Shown here piece after piece: positions 52,668 to 62,484 of a stretch of DNA of 64,000 nt. Position 1 is the stretch's first letter. Every line of letters begins with the position of its first letter. Source of the DNA: Patescibacteria group bacterium (GTDB lineage: Bacteria > Patescibacteriota > JABMPQ01 > JAQVVF01); contig JBAZSC010000001.1 in the NCBI GenBank assembly GCA_041662665.1, positions 385,511-449,510 on the forward strand, read 5' to 3'. The notes under the pieces are model-generated. The model saw only the letters and a list, made by a program, of their open reading frames with translations, was not told where the DNA came from and ran no database searches. The position numbers and the translations under genes are program-made.

Positions 52668-53159
52668 ATGAAGCCAAGTAAAGGATTCAACGCTCCATCA
52701 ATGTGTAGAACTTATCTACGCGAAGATCAGAATCAACATAAAAATGAAGATGACTTGAAACAGAGATTGTATAACAGTATTAGGAAAATCTTGGGCATCA
52801 ATATTTCTGACCAAGAATTAATGCAAAGCATGAAAAAACTGTCTGCAAGATCGCAACGAGAAAATATGATTCGTCATGTTCGACCGGCACATCAAGAATC
52901 TTTAAGACGTATTCAAGATCTAGACCTTATCAAAGAAACGTACCGCAATCTCAACACTGAACTCACAGACGAGCAAGCAAGTATAGTTAGAGACGAATTA
53001 TTAGATAAGTTTTTACCTGGTTGGTTAGATGACCGTTTTGATTCGTTGGGTTTTTTCTGGGCAATGGATTTGTTGCCAGCATGGTATTCTACAAAAGAAC
53101 GAATGGCAAAAGTTTTAGATATCGATCTTTCAAGGTATCCACCACTTGAATCAGCCTAG
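52668..53159 (+). CDS. Hypothetical protein (163 aa), SD-bearing orphan gene
   Basis: AGGAGGA lies 5 nt upstream of the ATG at 52668. The track ORF start at 52548 runs through the upstream terminator. Followed by the terminator AATCAGCCTAGGCTGATTTTTTTT. Confidence 0.45.
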   Translation: MKPSKGFNAPSMCRTYLREDQNQHKNEDDLKQRLYNSIRKILGINISDQELMQSMKKLSARSQRENMIRHVRPAHQESLRRIQDLDLIKETYRNLNTELTDEQASIVRDELLDKFLPGWLDDRFDSLGFFWAMDLLPAWYSTKERMAKVLDIDLSRYPPLESA

Positions 53160-53350
53160 GCTGATTTTTTTTATACTTGTCAGCCGAAGTGTCAAAATAT
53201 TTTTTTAAGATAAAGAATTTCAACAGTAAAAGAAAGAATTCGTAAAACAAGTCCAAACAAAAACGAAGGCTGACAAAAAAACTGCATTTCAGCAGTTAGT
53301 AATCTGTGTATCTGTGTCGCATCTGTTAAATATCTGTATAAAATCTGTGG

Positions 53351-54781
53351 CTAGAATAAACTATCGTCTTCCGAAATTCTAGCTTCGAATAAAGTTTTAT
53401 CAGGATTTAAAAATATTAAATTTTCGCCTTTCAAGCCAATTGCAAAATTTGAAACATTAAAATTATTAAATGTGTACGAATTTTTAGTGCTTCTTTCATC
53501 TAATTCAATCACATTTAATTTGTCATCAATATTATATAAAACATGCTCAAAATCTGAATACCAAATCGCTTTATCAATTCTTGTCTGAGATCTGGCAATC
53601 AAATTTGCATTATTTACTTTATATTCATTATGAATCAACGGAATTTCAGATGAACGATTTACTAATTCATAAAACCACATCTCAACATCATTATAATATA
53701 ATAATTTGTTTTCTTCTTCGCTCCAAACAAAATCTCTTGGGTTATCAAAAATTTTTGTTGCTGAAAATTCATTGCTGCCTTTTTTTTGTTTTGTTAGATA
53801 CAAGACATTATTTTCTAGCTTAAATGCAACTGCATTTTTTAATCCTACTTTAATTTCCGATGTTTTTAAATTATCAGGATTTTCTACAAACAAATTATCA
53901 GCTCCTAAATTATTTTCATTTGATCTTTTGATGACATATTTCTCATTTTCAAATTTTTCCAAAAATACATAATCATTTCCAATTGCATAATCAAATACAG
54001 AAGTTGAAGCAACAGATGGTATTGAAGACGAATCAGCATTAAAGCTATATAAATTATCATTATAAATCCAATAAATTAAGCTATCATTTTGCATTGACCA
54101 TTTTGGATTTAAAATATCAAAACCAAAAACATTATTTAAATTTATGACTTTTTCCGAATTAGCAATCATATAATTCTTTATTGCTGATGCTTCATTCCAA
54201 GTAAAAAAAGTATATCTGCCATTTAGCGATACTTGTAAATCAGAAAATTCTGCATTTTCATATTTTGAGCTCTCTTCTTTTTTTGGAAAAATTTTTGTTA
54301 ATTTTGATGAATCTAAATCGTATTCAAAAATGCCTTTTTTGTCTTGTTGATTGCTTGACAAAAATATTTTTTTCTCGTCAGGCAAATACTTAAAATTATC
54401 AAATGTTTGTTCTTTAGATAAAGATTTTAAGCTTGGATTTTCATAAAATAATCTAACATGACTTGCCCAATTTACTTTGCCACTTTTCACAGGTAATGTT
54501 TTCTTCCAAGAAAAAAAGTTTTGTTTTTCAATTCTTATTTTATAATTTTTCGGAGTCAGTGAAGAAGCTTTGAATGGAGTGCCATTATCAACAAATTTAT
54601 TATTTAAAAAGACATTAACACTTTCTGGTTGCGATTCAATAACTAGCATTCCAACTTTTGTAATCTCAAATTTTTTAAAATCAAAACGAAAGCCCATAGA
54701 ATAGAAAACCAAAAATGGTGCGAGTGTAATAAAAATGCCAATAGCTAAAGATAATAAAATTTGTCGATGCAATTTTCTCAT
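53351..54781 (-). CDS. PEGA-domain membrane-anchored protein with C-terminal beta-propeller-like region (476 aa)
   Basis: Signal-anchor LLSLAIGIFITLAPFLVFY. PEGA-like VGMLVIESQPESVNVFLNNKFVDNGTPFKASSLTPKNYKIRIEKQNFFSWKKTLPV. Confidence 0.5.
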   Translation of the reverse strand: MRKLHRQILLSLAIGIFITLAPFLVFYSMGFRFDFKKFEITKVGMLVIESQPESVNVFLNNKFVDNGTPFKASSLTPKNYKIRIEKQNFFSWKKTLPVKSGKVNWASHVRLFYENPSLKSLSKEQTFDNFKYLPDEKKIFLSSNQQDKKGIFEYDLDSSKLTKIFPKKEESSKYENAEFSDLQVSLNGRYTFFTWNEASAIKNYMIANSEKVINLNNVFGFDILNPKWSMQNDSLIYWIYNDNLYSFNADSSSIPSVASTSVFDYAIGNDYVFLEKFENEKYVIKRSNENNLGADNLFVENPDNLKTSEIKVGLKNAVAFKLENNVLYLTKQKKGSNEFSATKIFDNPRDFVWSEEENKLLYYNDVEMWFYELVNRSSEIPLIHNEYKVNNANLIARSQTRIDKAIWYSDFEHVLYNIDDKLNVIELDERSTKNSYTFNNFNVSNFAIGLKGENLIFLNPDKTLFEARISEDDSLF

Positions 54782-54895
54782 ATAATATATTAATTAAAAA
54801 ATAACAATTTTTAATCATTTTGTCAAAACCAATCTTGACAGTTAAAATTGAGTTTGATAAAATATGCTTTGATTCGACCCAACGAGGAGGGAGAA

Positions 54896-55111
54896 ATGGC
54901 CTCACATGACACTTCCAGTGATGTGAAATTGGCACGAAAAATACTTGAAGAGTTTGATCCAGCAGAACTTCCTGAAGTTTCGCCTGATCAGCTGCCTGAC
55001 TTGCCAGAAGACAATCCGCCTCCTCCTAACCCTTTAGACCCGCTTGATGAAGGTAGAAGAAGCCCAATCAGATCAAAATTTCATGTCTATGGAGTTAACG
55101 AACTATTTTGA
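54896..55111 (+). CDS. Small acidic Pro-rich hypothetical protein (71 aa), SD-bearing orphan gene
   Basis: GAGGAGGGAG lies 3 nt upstream of the ATG; start at MASHD. Confidence 0.35.
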   Translation: MASHDTSSDVKLARKILEEFDPAELPEVSPDQLPDLPEDNPPPPNPLDPLDEGRRSPIRSKFHVYGVNELF

Positions 55112-55173
55112 GTAATTTCTTTTCTGAAATTATCGTAATTGTTCTAGTTTCCTCAAGAAAGGAGAAGAAAGAA

Positions 55174-55368
55174 ATGCCAAAAGATTGGAATAGTATTGTT
55201 GGAAAGCCAAATCTAACTTCAAGAATTCCGGGACAGCCTACTGATATTGAGTTAGCGCAATGGAAAAAGGAACTTGCACAGCCATTGACTCTGTTAATCA
55301 TATTTGATGAAGATGAGCTTACAGAATGGAACAAATCCCATCAGATTCCAGATTTGATTGCAGGTTAA
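55174..55368 (+). CDS. Small hypothetical protein (64 aa), SD-bearing orphan gene
   Basis: AAAGGAGAAG lies 6 nt upstream of the ATG; followed by the terminator ACTGTGA-ttt-TCACAGT plus T7 (55391-55414). Confidence 0.35.
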   Translation: MPKDWNSIVGKPNLTSRIPGQPTDIELAQWKKELAQPLTLLIIFDEDELTEWNKSHQIPDLIAG

Positions 55369-55493
55369 TACATTTTTTGCACTTTTTACTACTGTGATTT
55401 TCACAGTTTTTTTATGTTGTATTTTCGCTATTTTTGTAATATACTTAAATAAATTCTAGTTACTTATTACTAGTTACTAATTACTTTTGTTTT

Positions 55494-56771
55494 ATGTCCA
55501 AATTCATAATTACAGGCCCAAATAAATTATCCGGCGAAATAAAAGTTGCAGGTGCAAAAAACAATGCCTTAAAAGTCATTGCTGCTACAGTTTTGACAGA
55601 TCAAGAAGTGATCTTAAAAAACATTCCAGATATTGAAGATGTTCATGTTATGTTTGAAATTTTAAAAGATCTTGGTGGTAATGTAGAAAAAATTAACGAT
55701 CATGAATACAAAGTCCAAACTAAAGAAATTAAAAAAACAGAATTAAACAAAAATCTAGTTGCAAAATTACGCGCTTCAATAATGTTTTTAGCTCCATTAC
55801 TAACTAGAGTTAACGAAGTAAAATTTCCATTTCCAGGTGGTGATATCATTGGTAAAAGACCAATTGATATTTATTTAGATGGCTTAGATCAGTTTGGCGT
55901 TGAAATAAAATTTGAACGAGATTATTATCATCTGAAAAGAACTAATGAAAAACTAAAAGCAACAAAATTTGTTTTTCCAATTATTTCTCATACTGTTACA
56001 GAAAGTTTAATTATGTCAGGAGTGTTGGCAGAAGGCAAAACAGTTCTAATTAACACAGCTTGTGAGCCAGAAATTGTCAGTTTGGCAGAATTTTTGAATT
56101 CTTTAGGAGCAAAAATTACCGGTGCTGGTACTCCAAATATTGAAATTGAAGGAGTCCCAAGTCTTAGCGGCGGAGAATTTACAGCAATTCCAGATCGTAT
56201 TGAAACTGGAACTTTTGCAATTTTGGGAGCATTGACTGGTGGCGATTTAAAAATTACAAATTGCGAACCGTCACATCTTGAAGTTTTCTGGAAAGTACTA
56301 AAACATATTGGTGTTAATTTTGAAATTGGCAAAGACTTTGTTAAGATAAATCCTTCAGAAGATCTTAATGTATGCAAAGGTTTAAATGCTTGTGAAGTTA
56401 GAACTCATGAATATCCAGGTTTCGCTACAGACTTGCAAGCTCCAGCAACAATTCTTTTAACTCAAGCCAAAGGTTTAAGCATGGTTCATGAAACAATTTA
56501 TGAAGGCAGATTATTCTATACTGATTCACTTAACAAAATGGGTGCCAATATTATTATGTGCGATCCGCATCGAATTGTTGTCCAAGGTCCAACAAAACTT
56601 TATGGCGCAAAACTAGAAAGTCCGGATATTAGAGCTGGTATTGCTTTAGTTATTGCAGCTTTAATTGCAGAAGGCAAATCAGAAATTGATAATATTTACC
56701 AAATTGATCGGGGATATGAAAAGATTGAGGAGAGGTTAAGAAATTTAGGAGCAAATATTCAAAGAGTCTAA
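55494..56771 (+). CDS. murA: UDP-N-acetylglucosamine 1-carboxyvinyltransferase
   Basis: GAKNNALKVIAA and the KLSGEIKVAGAKN EPSP-synthase-fold signature; 425 aa. Confidence 0.9.
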   Translation: MSKFIITGPNKLSGEIKVAGAKNNALKVIAATVLTDQEVILKNIPDIEDVHVMFEILKDLGGNVEKINDHEYKVQTKEIKKTELNKNLVAKLRASIMFLAPLLTRVNEVKFPFPGGDIIGKRPIDIYLDGLDQFGVEIKFERDYYHLKRTNEKLKATKFVFPIISHTVTESLIMSGVLAEGKTVLINTACEPEIVSLAEFLNSLGAKITGAGTPNIEIEGVPSLSGGEFTAIPDRIETGTFAILGALTGGDLKITNCEPSHLEVFWKVLKHIGVNFEIGKDFVKINPSEDLNVCKGLNACEVRTHEYPGFATDLQAPATILLTQAKGLSMVHETIYEGRLFYTDSLNKMGANIIMCDPHRIVVQGPTKLYGAKLESPDIRAGIALVIAALIAEGKSEIDNIYQIDRGYEKIEERLRNLGANIQRV

Positions 56772-56910
56772 TTTCTAATTTTCAATTTCTAATTTCTATT
56801 AAATGTCTAATAATCTAATTTTTAAACCTTCATGTCGTCGTCGATGTTTAGAAATTAATTATTAAAAATTTAATAGAAATTTAGAATTAGAAATTGAAAA
56901 TTTTCACGTT

Positions 56911-57921
56911 ATGTTTATAAAAAAAATCGGCATTGATTTAGGTACAGCAAACTCAGTTGTTTATCTTCCAAAAAAAGGTATTGTTTTGAATGAGCCATCA
57001 GTTGTTGCAGTTTCAATAGATGATAATTCAATTCTTGCAGTTGGTAATGAAGCAAAACAAATGCTTGGTCGAACACCAGACACAATTGTTGCTTCTCGTC
57101 CAATGAAAGATGGAGTTATCGCAGATTATCGTGTTACTGAAGCAATGCTCAAATATTTTATTAACAAATCAATTGGCAATGTCAGACTTTTTCGTCCAGA
57201 AGTTATGGTTGCAGTTCCAGCTGGTATTACTTCAACAGAGAGAAGAGCTGTAGTTGATGCTACAATGAATGCTGGTGCAAAAGCTGCATATATCATCAAA
57301 GAGCCAATCGCTGCTGCTATCGGTGCTGGAATTCCAATCGCTCAATCTTGTGGAAATATGATTATTGATATTGGCGGCGGAACAACTGAGGTTGCTGTTA
57401 TTTCTTTAGGTGGCATTGTTGCTGTGAATTCAGTTCGTGTTGCTGGAAACAAATTAGATATGGCTATTGCAAATTATATCCGCAAAAAACATGGTTTAGT
57501 TATCGGTGACAGAACAGCTGAAGAAATCAAAATTAAAATTGGTACAGCTTTACCAGTTGAAAAAGAAGATTCAATAGAAATCCGAGGCCGTGATATGGTT
57601 CGAGGTCTTCCAAAAAATATTATTGTTACTTCAAATGAAACAACTGAAGCAATTCAAGACGAACTTCGTGAAATTGTTCAAGCTGCCAAAGCAGTTTTGC
57701 AAGAAACTCCTCCAGAATTATCAGCAGATGTCATGGATAAAGGCATGATTTTATCAGGTGGTGGAGGATTGTTAAGAAATTTAGATCAACTTTTAGCCAA
57801 GGCAACAGGTGTTCCATGTTATGTTGCCGAAGATCCGCTTTTATGTGTTGTTAAAGGAACAGCAGCTGCTTTAGAGAATCTTGATTCGTATAAGAGAAGC
57901 GTTTTAGCTTCTAAAAGGTAA
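56911..57921 (+). CDS. mreB: Rod shape-determining protein MreB
   Basis: IGIDLGTANSVVY, DIGGGTTEVAVIS and GGGGLLRNLD. Confidence 0.9.
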   Translation: MFIKKIGIDLGTANSVVYLPKKGIVLNEPSVVAVSIDDNSILAVGNEAKQMLGRTPDTIVASRPMKDGVIADYRVTEAMLKYFINKSIGNVRLFRPEVMVAVPAGITSTERRAVVDATMNAGAKAAYIIKEPIAAAIGAGIPIAQSCGNMIIDIGGGTTEVAVISLGGIVAVNSVRVAGNKLDMAIANYIRKKHGLVIGDRTAEEIKIKIGTALPVEKEDSIEIRGRDMVRGLPKNIIVTSNETTEAIQDELREIVQAAKAVLQETPPELSADVMDKGMILSGGGGLLRNLDQLLAKATGVPCYVAEDPLLCVVKGTAAALENLDSYKRSVLASKR

Positions 57922-58060
57922 AATCCTAAGCACTAATATCTAAATTCTAAACCTGCCTACCGGCAGGCAGGCAAACTCAAAATACAAATGTTCAAATTTA
58001 ATCTTATTCTGAATAATAAAAAAACCGCAAACACAAGTTTAACGGTTAAACAGAGAGCAA

Positions 58061-58273
58061 TTATTTTAAAGAAATGGTAATTCTCGGCAGAACATCTTGG
58101 CTGATATCGAGTTCAATGTTTAATAATTGATTATTTTCATAAACGAATCTACCAAGCGCTTCTAAAAGGGTGTCACCAAAAACTTCGATGTGATGCTTGC
58201 CCTTTAAACAAACATTGACTTTTTCTTTACCACTTGCGGGTTCCACTTTTCTCGTAACGATCAGTTTTGCCAT
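58061..58273 (-). CDS. Small hypothetical protein (70 aa), SD-bearing orphan gene
   Basis: GGAGGAGGAAG lies 4 nt upstream of the ATG; no family recognised. Confidence 0.4.
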   Translation of the reverse strand: MAKLIVTRKVEPASGKEKVNVCLKGKHHIEVFGDTLLEALGRFVYENNQLLNIELDISQDVLPRITISLK

Positions 58274-58411
58274 TTTCTTCCTCCTCCTTTTTCCGGACCA
58301 GAATAATATAGTATAATAAAACCGATTACAAAAAACAATAGTTTTTAGATTTTATATTTTGATCATTTAGATTTGTTTAGTATTTAGAATTTAGGATTTA
58401 GAATTTTAGCC

Positions 58412-59527
58412 ATGATAATAGGCATAGACGCTTCAAGAGCAAACAAACAAGTCAAAACCGGGACAGAATGGTATTCATATAACCTTATTTTAGAATTAGC
58501 AAAATTAGATAAAAATAATCAATATAATTTATATTCTCCTGATAAATTAAAAGGCGAGTTAGCAAAATTACCGCAAAATTTCAAGGAACAAGTTTTATCT
58601 TGGCCACCAAAATATCTTTGGACAATGGTTAGGCTTTCTTATGAAATGAAAAAAAATCCGCCAGATATTTTATTTGTTCCAGCTCACATTATTCCTTTAG
58701 CCTCGCCAAAAAAAACAGTAACTACAATTTGCGATATTGGTTTTAAATCTCATCCTGAATTATATTCTAATAAAGAAATCAAATATCATAATTTTGGTTT
58801 AGAGCAAGCTATCAAAAAAGCAGCATTGATTCTAACTATTTCTGAATTTACAAAACAAGAAATGATTAAATTCTGCAATATTGATCCAAGTAGAATTAAA
58901 GTAATTTATTTAGGCTTCAGCCAAAATGATTACAAAAAAATTGATGATCAAAACGCAATTCAAAATATCAAAGATAAATATAAATTACCAGAAAATTATT
59001 TATTTTACACTGGCAGATTAAATTTGAAAAAGAACATCTTAAATTTAGTAAAAGCTTTTAAAAATATAATTGCAGATCCAAAATTTAAGGATTACAAATT
59101 AGTTTTAGCTGGCGTACCTGAGAATGGTTATGATTTAATAGAAGAAGAAATTAATAAAAATAATTTACGCGATAAAATTATTGAACTTGGCTGGACAAAG
59201 GAAGAAGATTTGCCATATCTGATGAATGGTGCAAAATTATTTGTTTTTCCATCAAATTATGAAGGCTTTGGTATTCCGCCGTTAGAAGCAATGGCTTGCG
59301 GAACATTAGTTGTTTCTTCAAATGCCGCATCTTTGCCAGAAGTTACTGGCGAGGCAGCCATATTATTTGATCCAAAAAATGTTGATGAAATGACTGAAAA
59401 AATTAAATTGGGCTTAAGCGATGAAAATTTAAGATATAATTTAATAGAAAAAGGTTTTCAGCAAATCAAAAAATTCTCTTGGGAAAAATGCGCTAGAGAA
59501 ACATTAGATATTTTGAAAAAAGTATAA
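58412..59527 (+). CDS. Glycosyltransferase family 4 (GT-B, glycosyl transferase group 1)
   Basis: C-terminal EGFGIPPLEAMACGTLVVSSNAASLPEV (EX7E-type motif). Confidence 0.8.
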   Translation: MIIGIDASRANKQVKTGTEWYSYNLILELAKLDKNNQYNLYSPDKLKGELAKLPQNFKEQVLSWPPKYLWTMVRLSYEMKKNPPDILFVPAHIIPLASPKKTVTTICDIGFKSHPELYSNKEIKYHNFGLEQAIKKAALILTISEFTKQEMIKFCNIDPSRIKVIYLGFSQNDYKKIDDQNAIQNIKDKYKLPENYLFYTGRLNLKKNILNLVKAFKNIIADPKFKDYKLVLAGVPENGYDLIEEEINKNNLRDKIIELGWTKEEDLPYLMNGAKLFVFPSNYEGFGIPPLEAMACGTLVVSSNAASLPEVTGEAAILFDPKNVDEMTEKIKLGLSDENLRYNLIEKGFQQIKKFSWEKCARETLDILKKV

Positions 59528-59595
59528 AAAATGTTAATAACTTTTTTCGTATCTATGCTATATTAAATACAAAGTTATCACATAAAACAAAATAA

Positions 59596-61455
59596 ATGAA
59601 AAAACATTTTCTTGGGAGTATTATTTTTGCATTTCTATTTTTTGTTTTCAGCTTTTTTTTAAACAATCAAGCGTTTGCCAGAACGAGCTCAACTTGGAGC
59701 GCAGTTGGTACTTCCGGAATGAACGCCTCAGTTGATGCCTTAGCAGTTTATAATAATGAATTGTATGCTGGTGGATCTTTCACAACAGCTGATGGGATCA
59801 CAACAAATTGTATTGCAAAATGGAATGGCACGAGCTGGAGCAAAGTTGGTTCTACTGGCTTTACAGATGGAGACGTATATAGTTTAGCAGTTTATAATAA
59901 TGAGTTATACGCTGGCGGATCTTTTGGCACAATAGATGGAATTTCCGCGTTTGCTATTGCAAAATGGAATGGAACAGCCTGGAGTAAGGTAGGTACTATT
60001 GGCATGAATGGTGCAGTCAATGCATTAGTCGTATATAATGACAAATTATATGCCGGAGGTGATTTTACAACAGCTGATGCAGCTCCAGTTTTTTATATCT
60101 CTGCATGGAATGGTACTGTCTGGAGTGCAGTTGGTTCTTCGGGAATGGACAATGATATTAAATCATTAGCTACTTTTAATAATGAGTTATACGCCGGAGG
60201 AGCATTTACTACTGCAGATACAAACACTGTTAATCACATTGCTGTTTGGAGTGGTACTACTTGGAGCGCGGTCGGTTCTTCAGGAATGGACGGTAATGTC
60301 AATGCTTTAGCCGTTTTTAATAATCAATTATATGCTGGAGGAGCATTTACTACTGCAGATGCAAATACCGTTAATCGTATTGCAGTATTAAATGGGGCAA
60401 CTTGGAATGGGGTTGGCTCCTCAGGAATGGATGCGCAAATTAATACTTTTGCTGTTTACGATAATAATTTATATGTTGGAGGACAATTCACTACAGTAGA
60501 TTCAACAGCAATCAATTATATTGCTAAATGGAATGGAACTTCTTGGAGTGCTGTTGGTTCAGGCACAAATGGCAAAGTTTCAGCTTTAGAAGTTTACAAC
60601 GATGCATTATATGCAGGAGGATCTTTTACAGTTGCTGGCGGAATTACTGCGAATAGAATTGCCTCTTGGTTTATCGACTATATTGCTCCAACAACAACAG
60701 CCTCACCAGCTGGCGGTACATATGAAACAGATCAAACAGTAACATTAACCGCAACTGATGCAGATTCAACAATTTCAGCAACATATTACACTACTGACGG
60801 AACTACTCCAACAACTTCATCAACAGTTTACACTTCGCCAATTACAATTTCTCAAGATACAACTCTTAAATTCTTTTCAGTCGACAGTCTAGGAAATTCA
60901 GAAGAAGTAAAAACAGAAACATATATTATCGATCGTACAATTATCGCTGAAAGACATCTTAAAAAAGGAAAAAAAATCTATCTCTATTCAGGTTTGAATA
61001 GCAAGCAAATCGAAGGCAAGTCATTAATTATCAATTTTACTAAATTACCAAACAAATTAACAAAGAATCATAACTATTGGATTCAATTTGTTAGACATTC
61101 TGCTTATCCAGGAAGTCTAGAGCTTGGCTCTCATTTATCATTAAAAAAGTATTGGACATTTAAGACAAATTTAAATAAATACAAAGCAAAAAATTCAGAT
61201 CAGAAATTCAAATTTAAAATTGCCTACAAATATACAAAAAAAGAATTAAAAGCATTAAAAAAGATAAATCCAGCAATCACTCAAAAAGAGCTTAGACTGA
61301 AATATCGCGTTAAAGCTGGTTTGAACTGGTATCCAATTAGCAATAATTGGAAAAATGCAAAAATAAAACATAATACCTCAAAAAAGAAATTTATAGTAAA
61401 ATATTTCAAGAAATTTGCAAAAAGTACATATTATTTTGCGATTATTAAAAAGTAA
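59596..61455 (+). CDS. Secreted surface protein (619 aa): signal peptide, seven Kelch/beta-propeller-like ~48-aa repeats, CHB_HEX_C-like module, shared Lys-rich C-terminal domain
   Basis: Repeats W(N/S)GT.WS.VGS.GM.G.V.ALAVYNN.LYAGG.FTTAD. TDGTTPTTSSTVYTSPITISQDTTLKFFSVDSLGN. The C-terminal ~160 aa are homologous to 44400-44889 and 15300-15896. Confidence 0.55.
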   Translation: MKKHFLGSIIFAFLFFVFSFFLNNQAFARTSSTWSAVGTSGMNASVDALAVYNNELYAGGSFTTADGITTNCIAKWNGTSWSKVGSTGFTDGDVYSLAVYNNELYAGGSFGTIDGISAFAIAKWNGTAWSKVGTIGMNGAVNALVVYNDKLYAGGDFTTADAAPVFYISAWNGTVWSAVGSSGMDNDIKSLATFNNELYAGGAFTTADTNTVNHIAVWSGTTWSAVGSSGMDGNVNALAVFNNQLYAGGAFTTADANTVNRIAVLNGATWNGVGSSGMDAQINTFAVYDNNLYVGGQFTTVDSTAINYIAKWNGTSWSAVGSGTNGKVSALEVYNDALYAGGSFTVAGGITANRIASWFIDYIAPTTTASPAGGTYETDQTVTLTATDADSTISATYYTTDGTTPTTSSTVYTSPITISQDTTLKFFSVDSLGNSEEVKTETYIIDRTIIAERHLKKGKKIYLYSGLNSKQIEGKSLIINFTKLPNKLTKNHNYWIQFVRHSAYPGSLELGSHLSLKKYWTFKTNLNKYKAKNSDQKFKFKIAYKYTKKELKALKKINPAITQKELRLKYRVKAGLNWYPISNNWKNAKIKHNTSKKKFIVKYFKKFAKSTYYFAIIKK

Positions 61456-61477
61456 AAAAATTTAATAAATGCATAGA

Positions 61478-61500
61478 AACGGGTTAAGCCCGTTTTTATT
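61478..61500 (+). terminator. Intrinsic terminator
   Basis: ACGGG-ttaag-CCCGT followed by TTTTTATTT. Confidence 0.75.
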
Positions 61501-61545
61501 TGCTCTTTTAACGTTAGTAAATTTATGTTAAATTATATATGAGTT

Positions 61546-62433
61546 ATGAAAATAATCGGAAATGAAAGAATTCAGGAGGCCATCAAAAAAAGTGTTCAAA
61601 ACCACCAATTTTTTCATGCCTACCTATTTAGCGGACCTGCCAATCTTGGCAAAAAAACATTAGCTTTAGAATTCGCCAATCTCCTGAAATGCTCAAAGAA
61701 TGATATTCATATTCTAGAGAAAAATACCGCAATCAAAATTGATGAAGTCCGCGATTTACAGCACAAATTATTATTATCATCGCAATCAGAATTTAAAATA
61801 ATGATAATTGATGATGCAGCTAATATTACCAATCAAGCAGCAAGCGCTTTATTGAAAACTCTAGAGGAGCCATCAAGAAATACAGTTTTAATTTTGGTTA
61901 CATCCAACAAATCAAAAGTTTTGCCAACCATTATTTCTCGTTGCATTAATTATGAATTTAATCTAGTCAGTAAAGAAAAAATAAATCTTTTGCTGAATAA
62001 TCACAATTTGTCGGAGCAAGAAAAAAACCAGATCTTGCAATTTGCACAAGGCCGTCCTGGAATTGCTCTTGCATTAGCGAATAATAAAAATGGAATTCTT
62101 GCCAGACAAAAATTTATTTCTAGTTTTTCAAATTTATTAAATTCAGATATTAACTCAAAATTTATTTTTGTCGAAAAAATTTACAAAGAATCAAAAGAAA
62201 ATTTTAATAAAATAATTAATCTCTGGACTTCATTTTTTCGCGATTGTTTATTATTAAAATCAAATAATCCAAATCTAATTTTAAATCAGTCTAATTTAAA
62301 TGAGCTTAAGCAATTTTCAGAAAATAATGAAAAAATAAAAATAATTAATTTAATAAAATATCTTACAGAAATAAATAATGCTCCTAACATTAATGAAAAA
62401 CTAGCATTAGAAAATTTCTTTTTGAAGATATAA
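61546..62433 (+). CDS. holB: DNA polymerase III delta' subunit
   Basis: AAA+ clamp-loader-like region HAYLFSGPANLGKKTLALEFANLL and an SRC-like TSNKSKVLPTIISRC. Confidence 0.7.
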   Translation: MKIIGNERIQEAIKKSVQNHQFFHAYLFSGPANLGKKTLALEFANLLKCSKNDIHILEKNTAIKIDEVRDLQHKLLLSSQSEFKIMIIDDAANITNQAASALLKTLEEPSRNTVLILVTSNKSKVLPTIISRCINYEFNLVSKEKINLLLNNHNLSEQEKNQILQFAQGRPGIALALANNKNGILARQKFISSFSNLLNSDINSKFIFVEKIYKESKENFNKIINLWTSFFRDCLLLKSNNPNLILNQSNLNELKQFSENNEKIKIINLIKYLTEINNAPNINEKLALENFFLKI

Positions 62434-62484
62434 AATACTTTATAACTTTAAGAACTTTATAAACTTTATAACTACCAAATAAAT

